A stretch of DNA of 64,000 nt, taken from Candidatus Parcubacteria bacterium (GTDB taxonomy: Bacteria > Patescibacteriota > Minisyncoccia > Phycocordibacterales > Zambryskibacteraceae). The stretch is from assembly GCA_019661785.1 (NCBI GenBank), contig JAIFWP010000001.1, positions 11,545 to 75,544 on the forward strand, in the 5' to 3' direction. Of this stretch, positions 1-9,701 are shown piece by piece. The notes beneath the pieces are model-generated. The model had not been told where the DNA came from, did no database searches, and was given only the letters and a program-made list of their open reading frames with translations. The first letter of the stretch is position 1, and every line of letters starts with the position of its first letter. Both the position numbers and the translations under genes were made by a program.

Positions 1-107
1 CAATCAACATGTTCAATGGCCAGGATTTCGAAGGTCGCAAGCTAACGGTCAACGTGGCACGCCCCCTCGAGCCCCGCGCTCCGGGCATGAATCGCCGCCC
101 GATGTAA
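1..107 (+). CDS. 3' end of an RRM-type RNA-binding protein gene (partial, N-terminus outside window)
   Basis: In-frame translation ...FNGQDFEGRKLTVNVARPLEPRAPGMNRRPM* matches the C-terminal RNP-fold consensus (GRxLxVNxA). Stop TAA at 105-107. Confidence 0.55.
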   Translation, partial: INMFNGQDFEGRKLTVNVARPLEPRAPGMNRRPM

Positions 108-135
108 TCTAGGGCTTCGGCCCAAGATAACAAAA

Positions 136-158
136 GCTCCCTTCGGGGAGTTTTTGTT
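136..158 (+). terminator. Rho-independent terminator after the RRM gene
   Basis: GC stem gctccc/gggag with ttcg loop, followed by a ttttt run. Confidence 0.6.
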
Positions 159-160
159 TG

Positions 161-189
161 TTGACATAAGTATTTATTTGTGATATTTA
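161..189 (+). promoter_or_regulatory. Sigma70-like promoter candidate
   Basis: TTGACA at 161-166, 17-nt spacer, TATTTA-like -10 at 184-189. Confidence 0.3.
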
Positions 190-202
190 TAGAAGCAGAT
201 AT

Positions 203-727
203 TTGTTCACGTTCCGCATTGCGGACATACCAAGGACAATGATGGCGAAGCCAAGGGTTCCAAAGATTGAAGAAGTAAATGTTGAGGAGATGTGCGCCGC
301 TCTCCAAGTTGAGGGAGCCGACCATGAAGATGGTCTGCGGGCGGCCTTCTCCATGACTGAGAAATCTCGCATGCCGAGAAGGCCAAAAACGCTTCGTGGA
401 ATCGCCACTCTTACCAAGCTATACCGTGAGATGGCACAGGCAGATTCAATCCACACTGTTGGCCCACGTCGTAAGCTACTCGAGATGATCGACGAAGCGG
501 CGATGTCAATCCTGTCGAGGCTCAAGTACCACGGTGAAGCGCATTCGCTCTGGTGTGACTTGCCCCTCAACTCGAGAGCCAGTTTGCCAGCGTTTAGAAG
601 GTCTTTGGACTTTCTCACCACGCCAAGCCACTTCGAATTCTGGCTCCACGACTGTGGCGGTCCCAGGAGTGAATGGGGTCAAGAAGTGTTACGACGAGCT
701 TCGCTTCTCTACCTGAAGGATAACTAG
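203..727 (+). CDS. Hypothetical protein (no recognisable domain); start more likely ATG 239 preceded by aagga
   Basis: 174-aa ORF bracketed by two strong terminators. No motif recognised. Codon usage slightly atypical for the window. Confidence 0.4.
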   Translation: MFTFRIADIPRTMMAKPRVPKIEEVNVEEMCAALQVEGADHEDGLRAAFSMTEKSRMPRRPKTLRGIATLTKLYREMAQADSIHTVGPRRKLLEMIDEAAMSILSRLKYHGEAHSLWCDLPLNSRASLPAFRRSLDFLTTPSHFEFWLHDCGGPRSEWGQEVLRRASLLYLKDN

Positions 728-740
728 ATTTTCGAAGAGA

Positions 741-776
741 AGCCGGATACGCAACACGCGTATCCGGCTTTTTTGT
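741..776 (+). terminator. Rho-independent terminator
   Basis: 12-bp stem agccggatacgc/gcgtatccggct with aacac loop, then tttttt. Confidence 0.7.
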
Positions 777-825
777 TTGTGTACTTGTCCCGCGGAGCTT
801 TAACGCAGTGGGATATAATAAGAAT

Positions 826-1257
826 ATGAAGAAGTTAGGGATTTTCATTATTATCCTTGTCTTGGCAGCAGTCGTAGCGACTTTTTGGCATAGAACATCT
901 AGAGGAGAGCTCAAGATTAGCGACTCTACTATACAAGTTGACATCGCTGACACTGACGCGCTTCGCGAGCAAGGGCTCTCTGGCAAGGAAGCGCTCTGTG
1001 CTGACTGTGGGATGCTCTTCGTCTTTGACTCAGCTAGCGAACCTGGCTTCTGGATGAAGGATATGAAGTTTCCCATTGACATAGTCTGGATAAGTGCTCA
1101 AAAGAAAATCGTCGGGGTCGAAAATTCGGTTTCTCCCACTTCTTACCCGGATGTCTTTTATCCAAAAGAGCCTGTTTTATACGTTTTAGAGCTGCCTGCC
1201 GGTTTTGTCCTTGAGAGGCATATTGACACAGGGGCAGAGGTGAATTTTAGTCTCTAA
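826..1257 (+). CDS. DUF192 (COG1430) family secreted/membrane-anchored protein
   Basis: N-terminal TM/signal (KKLGIFIIILVLAAVV). DUF192-like motifs GMLFVF, FWMKDMKFPIDIVWI, VLELPAGF. Alternative upstream ATG at 808. Confidence 0.7.
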   Translation: MKKLGIFIIILVLAAVVATFWHRTSRGELKISDSTIQVDIADTDALREQGLSGKEALCADCGMLFVFDSASEPGFWMKDMKFPIDIVWISAQKKIVGVENSVSPTSYPDVFYPKEPVLYVLELPAGFVLERHIDTGAEVNFSL

Positions 1258-1283
1258 TCCACACTGTTTTTTAGGCCAAAAAT

Positions 1284-1296
1284 CACTAAAATAGTG
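1284..1296. promoter_or_regulatory. NrdR-box-like palindrome upstream of nrdA
   Basis: Perfect palindrome cactaaaatagtg resembling the NrdR operator consensus acaCwAtATaTwGtgt, 30 bp upstream of the nrdA start. Confidence 0.4.
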
Positions 1297-1325
1297 AGAC
1301 GAGTTTGTAATTATTTTCCTTATCT

Positions 1326-3947
1326 ATGGTCATCTACGTAACAAAGCGCGACGGCACCAAAATGCCTTGGAATGCCGACTATATCAACCGCTCCATCGAG
1401 CGAGAGACCAAGGGTCTGCCTGACCCGATATCGAAGGTCATCCAGATAGCGAACGACACCCGCCTCACTGTCTACGATGGCATCACGACAGACGCCATGG
1501 ACCAGGCGACTATCAACGCGGCAATACAAAACATCAAAGATGATCCTGATTTCGATAAGGTTGCTACACGCCTCTTCCTCAAGACTATATATAAGAAGGT
1601 TCTTGGCTGGTACGCTACCGACGACAGAGCCGAGCTTGAAGTAAGCCACCGAAACGGGTTTATAAAGTATGTAGAGGAGGGAGTGGCTGGCGGCCGCTTG
1701 CATCCAAACATGAAGGAGAAGTTCGACCTCGAACGCATCGCTGATGCTCTCAGGCTTGAACGCGACGACCTCTTCCTCTACTCTGGCGTCGACGGACTCA
1801 TAAACCGCTACGGCATCAAGGACTCAGAGCAGAGGCCTCTTGAGACTCCGCAGTACATCTTCATGCGCATAGCCATGGGCCTTTCCTACAATGAGAAAAA
1901 TCCTACAGAGTGGGCCATTCGCTTCTACGAGAAGATGTCTAAGCATGAGTACATAGCTGGCGGCTCGACTAACCTCGGTGCAGGCACAGTGCGCTCAGCG
2001 CTCTCGAACTGCTTCCTCCTAGAAATCCACGACAACATGGAGCACATCGCGAAGTCTGTCTCAGATGTGATGCTCCTCTCCAAGGGTTCTGGCGGTCTCG
2101 GCGCCTCAGTGACCAAGCTCCGCGCTGCAGGCTCGCCTCTGAAGTCGAATTTCGGCGGCGCCTCTACTGGACCAGTGACCTTCGCCAAGGTTATCGACAC
2201 CGCCATCCGCGCTATACAGAGAGGAGGCAAGAAGAAGGGCGCTCTCTGCTTCTACATGGAGAACTGGCACCTCGATTTCCCTGACTTCCTCGACTGGAAG
2301 CACAATGCCGGAGACGACTACCTCCGCATGCGTACGGCGAACACCGCGGCCTTCATCTCAGATGAGTTCATGAAGAGGGTTAAGGCCGGCGAGGACTGGT
2401 ATCTCTTTGACCCAGCAGAGACAGGTGACCTTAACGAGATATACGGCAAAGTCTTCTCTAAGCGCTACAACGACTATGTGGAGATGGCTGAGAGAGGCGA
2501 GATGAGGCAGTTCAAGAAGATGCCTGCCAAGGAGCTCTGGAGGAAGATGCTCGTAGCTCTCCAGACCACCTCGCACCCTTGGATAACCTGGAAGGATCCT
2601 ATAAACCTCCGCGCGCTGAACAACAACACCGGCACTATACATATGTCGAACCTGTGCACGGAGATATGCCTCCCTCAGGACAAAGACAACATCGCTGTCT
2701 GCAACCTCGCATCACTTAACCTCGCCGCTCACGTCTCAGAGAAGCAGGTTAACTGGCAGCGTTTAGAGGAGTCGGTCCGCTTGGCTGTCCGCCAGCTCGA
2801 CAACCTTATAGATATTAATAAGCTCTCAGTGCCTGAGGCAGAGAGAAGCGACAAGGAGAATCGCGCAGTCGGCCTCGGCGTCATGGGTCTCGCAGATGTC
2901 TTCGAACGACTAGGACTCGCTTACGACTCAGAGCATGCATACAACTTTGCTGACCGCATTTTCGAGTTCGTCTCGTACATGGCCATTGACGAGTCTGCTA
3001 GCCTCGCTCGCGAGAGAGGCAGCTACAAGAACTTCGACGGCTCGCGTTGGTCTAAGGGTATGGTTCCTATCGACACTCTCGACCTCCTTGAGGAGAGGAG
3101 AGGGGTTAAGCTCACTGTCGACAAGACCTCGCACCACAAAGGCCTCGACTGGAATATCCTCCGAGAGAAGGTGAAGGGAGGTATCAGGAACGCCACTCTC
3201 ATGGCTGTCGCTCCGAACGCGAACATCGGCCTCGTCGTGGGCACAGTGCCGGGCATCGACGCGCGCTTCTCGCAAGTGTTTTCCCGCAACAAGATTTCTG
3301 GAAAGTATCTCGACATCAACCACAACCTCGTCCGCGATCTTAAGAACATGGACTTGTGGGAGAAGGTCAAAGAGCGCATCATCTCTCTCCAGGGCGACAT
3401 CTCAACTATCGAGGAAATACCAGAGCATGTGAGGAAGATTTACAAGACTTCCTTCACCACTTCTCCTTATGCTTATGTGGAGGTGGCTGCCAGAGCGCAG
3501 AAGTGGGTTGACCAAGCTCTCTCGCGCAACATGTACCTAGAGACCCGCGACATCGACGAGACTATGAACATCTACGAGGCAGCGTGGGAGAAGGGCGTAA
3601 AGACCACTTACTACTTGCACATGAAGCCTCGACACACGGCCGAGCAGTCGACTGTGGCAGTGAACAAGGCTCATGCTATGGGCAAGAAGGGCTTCGGCGC
3701 TCTTAGTGTGAAGCCAGCTGAGCCGACTGTGAGCGAGCCTGTTGTGGCCGAGGCAGCAGAGCCTGCCCCAGCTCCCGCTGCGGTAGTGCGCGAGCCCGCC
3801 CGCCTCGCAAGCGAGAGCGTTGCGGACAGGCCAGTACGTGTCGAGCGCGTTGAGAGTGAGCCAGTAGTCGTGGTAAAGTCGAGCGGTCTCAAGGTCCACA
3901 TGCCCGAGAATCCAGCCGATGCCAATATTTGTGACGATTGCCAATAA
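1326..3947 (+). CDS. nrdA: Ribonucleotide reductase class I large subunit with C-terminal low-complexity extension ending CDDCQ
   Basis: ATP-cone-like N-terminus (VTKRDGTKMPWNADYINRSIE). Active-site motif NLCTEI. C-terminal Pro/Ala/Glu-rich tail ending ...ICDDCQ*. Confidence 0.9.
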   Translation: MVIYVTKRDGTKMPWNADYINRSIERETKGLPDPISKVIQIANDTRLTVYDGITTDAMDQATINAAIQNIKDDPDFDKVATRLFLKTIYKKVLGWYATDDRAELEVSHRNGFIKYVEEGVAGGRLHPNMKEKFDLERIADALRLERDDLFLYSGVDGLINRYGIKDSEQRPLETPQYIFMRIAMGLSYNEKNPTEWAIRFYEKMSKHEYIAGGSTNLGAGTVRSALSNCFLLEIHDNMEHIAKSVSDVMLLSKGSGGLGASVTKLRAAGSPLKSNFGGASTGPVTFAKVIDTAIRAIQRGGKKKGALCFYMENWHLDFPDFLDWKHNAGDDYLRMRTANTAAFISDEFMKRVKAGEDWYLFDPAETGDLNEIYGKVFSKRYNDYVEMAERGEMRQFKKMPAKELWRKMLVALQTTSHPWITWKDPINLRALNNNTGTIHMSNLCTEICLPQDKDNIAVCNLASLNLAAHVSEKQVNWQRLEESVRLAVRQLDNLIDINKLSVPEAERSDKENRAVGLGVMGLADVFERLGLAYDSEHAYNFADRIFEFVSYMAIDESASLARERGSYKNFDGSRWSKGMVPIDTLDLLEERRGVKLTVDKTSHHKGLDWNILREKVKGGIRNATLMAVAPNANIGLVVGTVPGIDARFSQVFSRNKISGKYLDINHNLVRDLKNMDLWEKVKERIISLQGDISTIEEIPEHVRKIYKTSFTTSPYAYVEVAARAQKWVDQALSRNMYLETRDIDETMNIYEAAWEKGVKTTYYLHMKPRHTAEQSTVAVNKAHAMGKKGFGALSVKPAEPTVSEPVVAEAAEPAPAPAAVVREPARLASESVADRPVRVERVESEPVVVVKSSGLKVHMPENPADANICDDCQ

Positions 3948-3992
3948 TAAATAATCAAATAATATGCGAGTTTACGAGCAATCAAAAATAGC

Positions 3993-5030
3993 ATGCTGAT
4001 AGGGAAGCCCAGTCCGGACGATATGAACCTGCACCCACTGCGTTACCAGTGGGCCTATGACCTATACAACCAAGCAGTGAGGAACACTTGGTTTCCTCAC
4101 GAGATAGCTCTTAAGGAGGACCTAGACGACTGGCAGAAGATGACGGAGGATGAGAGGCACGCTGTTAAATTCCTCATGGCCTTCTTCAACCCGGCAGAAC
4201 TCATAGTGAACCGCTCCATAGCGCTTGGTATATATCCGTACCTAAAGAGCCCTGAGTGTCACCTCTATCTCGCCAAGCAGATGTGGGAGGAGGCCAACCA
4301 CTGCGTGGCCTTCGAGTACGTCCTGCAGACCTTCCCATTCGATAAGGAGAAGATATTTGAGCTCCATCTTGGCGTGCCGTCTATGGTTGCCAAGGAGGCT
4401 TATATCAATAAGTACATGAAGAGGATGACCGAGGATACTCTCGACATTGAGACGACCGAGGGCAAGAAGGACTTCCTCCGGAACCTCGTAGCTACGAACA
4501 TCGTCATGGAGGGTATCTGGTTCTACTCCGGCTTCATGGTGGCCTTGTCCTTCCGCCAGAGGAATCAGCTGCGCAACTTCGGCTCGATGATCAACTGGGT
4601 CCTGCGCGACGAGTCTCTCCATCTCAAATTCGGAATGAACCTGGTACACAATATCTTGGAGGAGAATGGTGACTTGCTCACAGAGGGCTTTGCCGCGGAG
4701 ATACGCGATATCGTGATAGAAGGTGTTAACCTTGAGACCGCGTACAACAAGGACCTTTTCCCGCAGGGTATCCTCGGCCTCAATGCCGACTATGTGAACC
4801 AGTATGTGCAGTACGTCGCTGACCGACGCCTTGAGGAGTTAGGCTTACCTAAGCACTATAACGTAACCAACCCTGCCAAGTGGATGGCTACCTCGACCGA
4901 TGTCTACGAACTGGTGAACTTCTTCGAGGCACAGAACACCTCCTACGAAGTGGATGGCCACAGCGCCACAGTGAAGAAGGAGGTCAAACCGGAGGACTTC
5001 CCAAGCGTGCCTGCAGGAGTGGGGGAGTAG
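3993..5030 (+). CDS. nrdB: Ribonucleotide reductase class I small (R2) subunit
   Basis: Di-iron ligand regions (EEANHCVAFEYV, E..H repeats), immediately downstream of nrdA. Confidence 0.88.
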   Translation: MLIGKPSPDDMNLHPLRYQWAYDLYNQAVRNTWFPHEIALKEDLDDWQKMTEDERHAVKFLMAFFNPAELIVNRSIALGIYPYLKSPECHLYLAKQMWEEANHCVAFEYVLQTFPFDKEKIFELHLGVPSMVAKEAYINKYMKRMTEDTLDIETTEGKKDFLRNLVATNIVMEGIWFYSGFMVALSFRQRNQLRNFGSMINWVLRDESLHLKFGMNLVHNILEENGDLLTEGFAAEIRDIVIEGVNLETAYNKDLFPQGILGLNADYVNQYVQYVADRRLEELGLPKHYNVTNPAKWMATSTDVYELVNFFEAQNTSYEVDGHSATVKKEVKPEDFPSVPAGVGE

Positions 5031-5057
5031 CCCCAGGCCTCGTGATATAATTTTGGC

Positions 5058-6026
5058 ATGACAATACGAGTAGCAATCAACGGTTTCGGCCGTATCGGCA
5101 GGGCGTTTTATAAATTGGCAAAAGAGAATCCAGAGCTCACGGTCGTCGCAGTGAACGACTTAGCCGACAAGGCCAATGTCGAGTATCTCTTGAAGTTCGA
5201 CACCGTCTACGGACAGTGGAAGGGCAAGTTTGATGCGCAGTATGTAAGCGAGGCAGACCCAACTAAGCTCCCATGGAAGGATTTGAATATTGATGTCGTG
5301 GTCGAGTCTACCGGCCGCTTCACTAAGGGCGGAGCAGAGGGGCACATCACAGCCGGAGCGAAGCGCGTAGTCATCACTGCGCCAGTTACGGAGGGCGCCG
5401 AGACAGTGTTAATGGGTATCAATGAGGAGAAGCTAGCTACATGCACCATATCCTCAAACGCATCCTGCACGACTAACGCAGCCTCGCCCGTGCTCGCTAT
5501 ACTCGATGAGGCCATAGGCGTAGAGAAGGCCATCCTCAACACTGTACACTCGTACACAGCCTCGCAGGGCATAGTCGATGGTCCAAACAAGAAGGATTTC
5601 CGCGAGGGACGCGCCGCCGCGCAGAATATCGTACCTTCATCTACCGGTGCAGCCATTGCAGTGTCCAAGGCCCTCACACAGCTCGAAGGCAAATTTGACG
5701 GTATATCCATCCGCGTACCGACGGTCATAGGTTCCATTGCTGATATCACATTCATCTCTAAGCGGCCTACGACTGTTGAAGAGGTCAACAAGATAATGAC
5801 CGACGCCTCGCATACTGATAAATGGAAGAAGATATTCGAAGTAACGAGCGAGCCGATAGTCTCCTCCGACGTCCGCGATGCCGCGCATGCGTCTATAGCA
5901 GATTTGAACTTCACCCGAGTAGTCGGCGGCAATTTGGTGAAGGTCCTCGCCTGGTACGACAACGAGATGGGGTACACCCACACCCTTGTGGATCATGTTA
6001 TTAAACTCGGTAAAAGCATTATATGA
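5058..6026 (+). CDS. gap: Glyceraldehyde-3-phosphate dehydrogenase
   Basis: INGFGRIGR NAD-binding motif and catalytic SNASCTTN motif. 322 aa. Confidence 0.95.
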   Translation: MTIRVAINGFGRIGRAFYKLAKENPELTVVAVNDLADKANVEYLLKFDTVYGQWKGKFDAQYVSEADPTKLPWKDLNIDVVVESTGRFTKGGAEGHITAGAKRVVITAPVTEGAETVLMGINEEKLATCTISSNASCTTNAASPVLAILDEAIGVEKAILNTVHSYTASQGIVDGPNKKDFREGRAAAQNIVPSSTGAAIAVSKALTQLEGKFDGISIRVPTVIGSIADITFISKRPTTVEEVNKIMTDASHTDKWKKIFEVTSEPIVSSDVRDAAHASIADLNFTRVVGGNLVKVLAWYDNEMGYTHTLVDHVIKLGKSII

Positions 6027-6053
6027 AAGAACAAGGAACTATCTGGAATTAGT

Positions 6054-6503
6054 ATGAAAATATTTATTGGCTCAGATCATCGAGGCTTTGAGCTTAAGAG
6101 TATGCTCAAGTTCTATCTTGAGGCGGCAGGCTATGAAGTCATAGACAAAGGTGCTCACGAGTACAATGAGTCTGACGACTATCCAGACTTCATCATCCCA
6201 GTAGCCGAGGCGGTGACGGGCGACGCAGAAGCCAAGGGCATCATCATAGGCAAGTCAGGAGAGGGGGAGGCGATATGCGCTAATAAGGTGAGGGGCATTA
6301 GGGCAGTGGTCTACTATGGACACGAGCCAGAGCTTCTAAGACTCACTCGCAAGGACAACGATGCTAATGTGCTCTCTCTGGCATCAGGCTTCTTCCTTTC
6401 TAACGAGGATGTGAAGAGCGCGGTCAAGATGTGGCTCGAGACCCCATTTACGAACGATGAGAGGCATGTGAGGAGGCTCGCTAAGATCGACCAAATAAAA
6501 TAA
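6054..6503 (+). CDS. rpiB: Ribose-5-phosphate isomerase B (RpiB/LacAB family)
   Basis: MKIFIGSDHRGFELK..., ICANKVRGIRA. 149 aa. Confidence 0.88.
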   Translation: MKIFIGSDHRGFELKSMLKFYLEAAGYEVIDKGAHEYNESDDYPDFIIPVAEAVTGDAEAKGIIIGKSGEGEAICANKVRGIRAVVYYGHEPELLRLTRKDNDANVLSLASGFFLSNEDVKSAVKMWLETPFTNDERHVRRLAKIDQIK

Positions 6504-6510
6504 CAGACTC

Positions 6511-7068
6511 ATGGCTGACATTATCCCGGCAGTATTGGCCAAGAGTGCTGAGGAGATGCGCGAGAAGCTCGCCGCGATACCGAGTGAGGTACAAATGGTC
6601 CACATAGACGTGCTTGAGGACGATGTGTGCGCCGACTTCTCTAAGCCTTTCGAGGCGCATCTCATGGTTTCTGACCCGCTGCCCATTATGGAGCGCTGGA
6701 TAAAGAGGGGAGCCAAGAGGATCATCGTGCACAAACTCTCAAGAGAGGTACTCGAATACAAAAGGCAGGTCGAGATAGGGCTTGGAGTCGAGATGCAGGT
6801 GCCTATTGAGGAAATCTTGCCGCTCTCGCGTGATGTATCCTTCGTACAGCTTATGTCTATAGCGGAGATGGGAGAGCAGGGGCATCCGTTGGATGAGAGA
6901 ATATTTGATAGAATAAAGGAGTTAAGGGAGGTCTATCCGGATACGGTCATAAGCGTCGACGGTGGAGTGAATGCATCTAACTTCGAAAGGTTGCGAGATG
7001 CAAAGGTAGACAGACTCGTAGTGGGTAGCGGCTTCCAAGAACTATGGACATCACAGATGAAAAAGTAA
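6511..7068 (+). CDS. rpe: Ribulose-phosphate 3-epimerase-like protein (compact, 185 aa)
   Basis: Conserved HIDVLED, HLMV, LMSIAEMGEQG, VDGGV and VVGSGF blocks of the RPE TIM barrel, but shorter than canonical Rpe. Confidence 0.7.
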   Translation: MADIIPAVLAKSAEEMREKLAAIPSEVQMVHIDVLEDDVCADFSKPFEAHLMVSDPLPIMERWIKRGAKRIIVHKLSREVLEYKRQVEIGLGVEMQVPIEEILPLSRDVSFVQLMSIAEMGEQGHPLDERIFDRIKELREVYPDTVISVDGGVNASNFERLRDAKVDRLVVGSGFQELWTSQMKK

Positions 7069-7907
7069 TTGAGTTAGAGGAGAAGGCCAACCAGATACGC
7101 CTTTCTATCATTGAGATGCTCCTTGAGGCCAAGAGTGGGCACACTGCCGGGCCGCTTGGCATGGCGGATATTTTCACCACTCTCTTCTTCCATACGATAA
7201 GACATAACCCGAAGAAGCCTGATTGGCCCGAACGGGACAGGCTCGTACTCTCTAATGGCCACATTTGCCCCGTCTATTACTCGACACTAGCTCATGCCGG
7301 ATACATCCCGCTCGCAGAACTTAAGACTCTGCGCAAATTTGGCTCGCGCTTGCAGGGCCATCCGCACAGAGACTTCTTATCCATACTTGAGACCTCCTCC
7401 GGTCCGCTTGGCTCGGGCCTCTCCCAGGCTGTTGGTATGGCTCTTGCTGACCGCATGGATGCCAAGGAGGACAAGAGGCGTATATATAGCCTCCTCTCAG
7501 ACGGCGAGCATGATGAGGGGCAGCTCTGGGAGGCAGCTATGCTCGCAGGGAAGAACAAGTTAAGGAACATCACTGCAGTCGTTGACCGCAATAACATCCA
7601 GATAGACGGCTTCACCGAGGACATCATGCCGCTCGAGTCTTTGTCTGAAAGATGGAAGGCCTGGAATTGGCATGTGATAGAGATAGATGGTCACAATATA
7701 AGAGAGATTGTAGACGCCTTCGAGAAGGCCAAGGCTATATATGAGAAGCCGACGGTGATTATTGCGCACACTATCCCGGGCAAAGGGGTTAAAGAATTCG
7801 AGCGCGACTATCGCTGGCACGGCAAGCCGCCAAACGTCGAGGAGGGCAAAATGGCCATTGCCGAACTGCGCACTCTTGGAGGGAAAATCAAATCCGAACA
7901 CCAATAA
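7044..7907 (+). CDS. Transketolase, N-terminal (TPP-binding) subunit
   Basis: HTAGPLGMADIF...SNGH..., GSLGQGLS TPP motif. Split transketolase arrangement. Confidence 0.9.
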   Translation: MDITDEKVIELEEKANQIRLSIIEMLLEAKSGHTAGPLGMADIFTTLFFHTIRHNPKKPDWPERDRLVLSNGHICPVYYSTLAHAGYIPLAELKTLRKFGSRLQGHPHRDFLSILETSSGPLGSGLSQAVGMALADRMDAKEDKRRIYSLLSDGEHDEGQLWEAAMLAGKNKLRNITAVVDRNNIQIDGFTEDIMPLESLSERWKAWNWHVIEIDGHNIREIVDAFEKAKAIYEKPTVIIAHTIPGKGVKEFERDYRWHGKPPNVEEGKMAIAELRTLGGKIKSEHQ

Positions 7908-8887
7908 TGCTTAATCCTGATTTAAAACTGAATAAGAAGATGTTCGACGAGAAGGTGGAGCAAGTGCCCATACGCAAGGGTTTTGGCGAGGGCTTGGTGC
8001 AGGCGGGGGAGGAGGACCCTCAGGTGGTCGTACTCTGTGCCGACCTAACGGAATCTTCTCAAGCACTATATTTTAAAGAAAAATTCCCCAACAGATTTGT
8101 CGAAGTCGGCGTAGCAGAGCAGAACTTGGCTTCTGTAGCGAGCGGTATGGCAGCTATGGGGAAAATCCCTTTCATCACCTCATACGCCATGTTTAGCCCT
8201 GGGCGCAACTGGGAGCAGATACGCACCACCATTGCGTACAACAACAGGCCCGTGAAGATTGCGGGCTCGCACGCGGGCATATCCGTCGGTCCCGATGGCG
8301 GTACGCACCAGGCCATTGAGGACATCGCTATCACTAGAGTCATACCACGTATGGTAGTCATCTCTCCATGTGATGCTCTAGAGGCGCACAAGGCCACAGT
8401 CGCAGCTGCTAAGACCGACACTCCTGTATATATAAGACTCGCAAGAGAGAAGACGCCTGTTATGACCACTGATGCAACGCCGTTTGAGATTGGTAAAGCC
8501 CAAATTTTCTGGAAATCTGATAAACCTCAAGTAGGTATCATCGCAACGGGTGCGCTCTTGCATCAGGCGCTCCGCGCTGCGAAGGAGCTCCAGGATAAAA
8601 TAAATATCGAAGTGTTAAACTTGTCTACCATAAAGCCCCTGGACGAAAAAGCAATCATCGATTTGGCCAAGAAAGCTGGAAGGATTATCACCGTCGAGGA
8701 GCACCAGATACGCGGCGGCATGGGGAGCGCTGTAGCAGAGTGTCTGGCTAAGCACTCCCCAGTTCCTATGAGGTTTATAGGTGTAGATGACCAGTTCGGC
8801 CAGTCGGGTACGCCCGAGGAGCTCATAGAGCATTACGGAATGGGGAAGAAGGCTATTATTGAAGCTGTAAAGGATCTAATAAAATAA
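7907..8887 (+). CDS. Transketolase, C-terminal (pyrimidine-binding) subunit
   Basis: FVEVGVAEQNLASVASGMAAMGKIPF, directly following the N-terminal subunit. Confidence 0.9.
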   Translation: MLNPDLKLNKKMFDEKVEQVPIRKGFGEGLVQAGEEDPQVVVLCADLTESSQALYFKEKFPNRFVEVGVAEQNLASVASGMAAMGKIPFITSYAMFSPGRNWEQIRTTIAYNNRPVKIAGSHAGISVGPDGGTHQAIEDIAITRVIPRMVVISPCDALEAHKATVAAAKTDTPVYIRLAREKTPVMTTDATPFEIGKAQIFWKSDKPQVGIIATGALLHQALRAAKELQDKINIEVLNLSTIKPLDEKAIIDLAKKAGRIITVEEHQIRGGMGSAVAECLAKHSPVPMRFIGVDDQFGQSGTPEELIEHYGMGKKAIIEAVKDLIK

Positions 8888-8888
8888 T

Positions 8889-9701
8889 ATGAAGAAGTTA
8901 ATAATACTTAGTTTGGTTCTAGTTATAGTCCCTCAAATAGCCATGGCTGCTTGGTGGAATCCTTTTAGCTGGGGTATTTTCCACAGGGCCGAGAGAGCAA
9001 ATGAGGCTATGATAACGAATGCCGAGAAAAAGGCAGACAAGCCTATTCCCGATGCTAAACCAACGGCATCTCCTTTAACGGGAGTAGCGCCCCATACGGT
9101 CAACTTCTCCATACCTCTCACGAAGGGCTTTAATTATGGTGGAGTTTATTACACAATCGCTTACGGAGATGGCGGGGCGGCTGGTTTTGATGTATGCACA
9201 ACTTCGTGTCCTCAGCATCTAACTCTATCGCATGCATACGCAGCTGGAACTTACACTGCTGTCATCACACTCAGAACGCAATGTGGATCATGGGAGTGCC
9301 TGGGGCCGAGCAAAGAGGCGGCAAGATTCAACATAGTTGTCTCAGAAAACACTAGCGTTCAGGCCCCAATTAAGACCATCAATAAACTTTCCGGTGTTTA
9401 TAATTATTCGAACGGAGGACTCGGCTTCCTGATACCGCAATACCACCTTGGGACGCACGAGGTGAGCCACTTTATAACTGTAACGTTTAGGAACCAGAGC
9501 GAGGCATTGAAGATGCTCAAGATTGACGTATCAAAGACATGCGATAAGGGCCTCTCGACAAGTATCGGCGGGTCTACAGTTGATACTATCGAAGTCAGCG
9601 GCTACGATAATGAAAAAGCGGTTAAAGATTGGAAAGAGGAAGTAGTCTTTGAGCGAGTTGTTTCAGCTTCAGCTCCAGTATTGAGTTGTGCTACGAACTA
9701 A
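8889..9701 (+). CDS. Secreted protein with a PKD-like Ig domain
   Basis: Signal peptide (MKKLIILSLVLVIVPQIAMA). PKD-like pattern YYTIAYGDGG...HAYAAGTYTAVITL. Several Cys pairs. Confidence 0.55.
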   Translation: MKKLIILSLVLVIVPQIAMAAWWNPFSWGIFHRAERANEAMITNAEKKADKPIPDAKPTASPLTGVAPHTVNFSIPLTKGFNYGGVYYTIAYGDGGAAGFDVCTTSCPQHLTLSHAYAAGTYTAVITLRTQCGSWECLGPSKEAARFNIVVSENTSVQAPIKTINKLSGVYNYSNGGLGFLIPQYHLGTHEVSHFITVTFRNQSEALKMLKIDVSKTCDKGLSTSIGGSTVDTIEVSGYDNEKAVKDWKEEVVFERVVSASAPVLSCATN

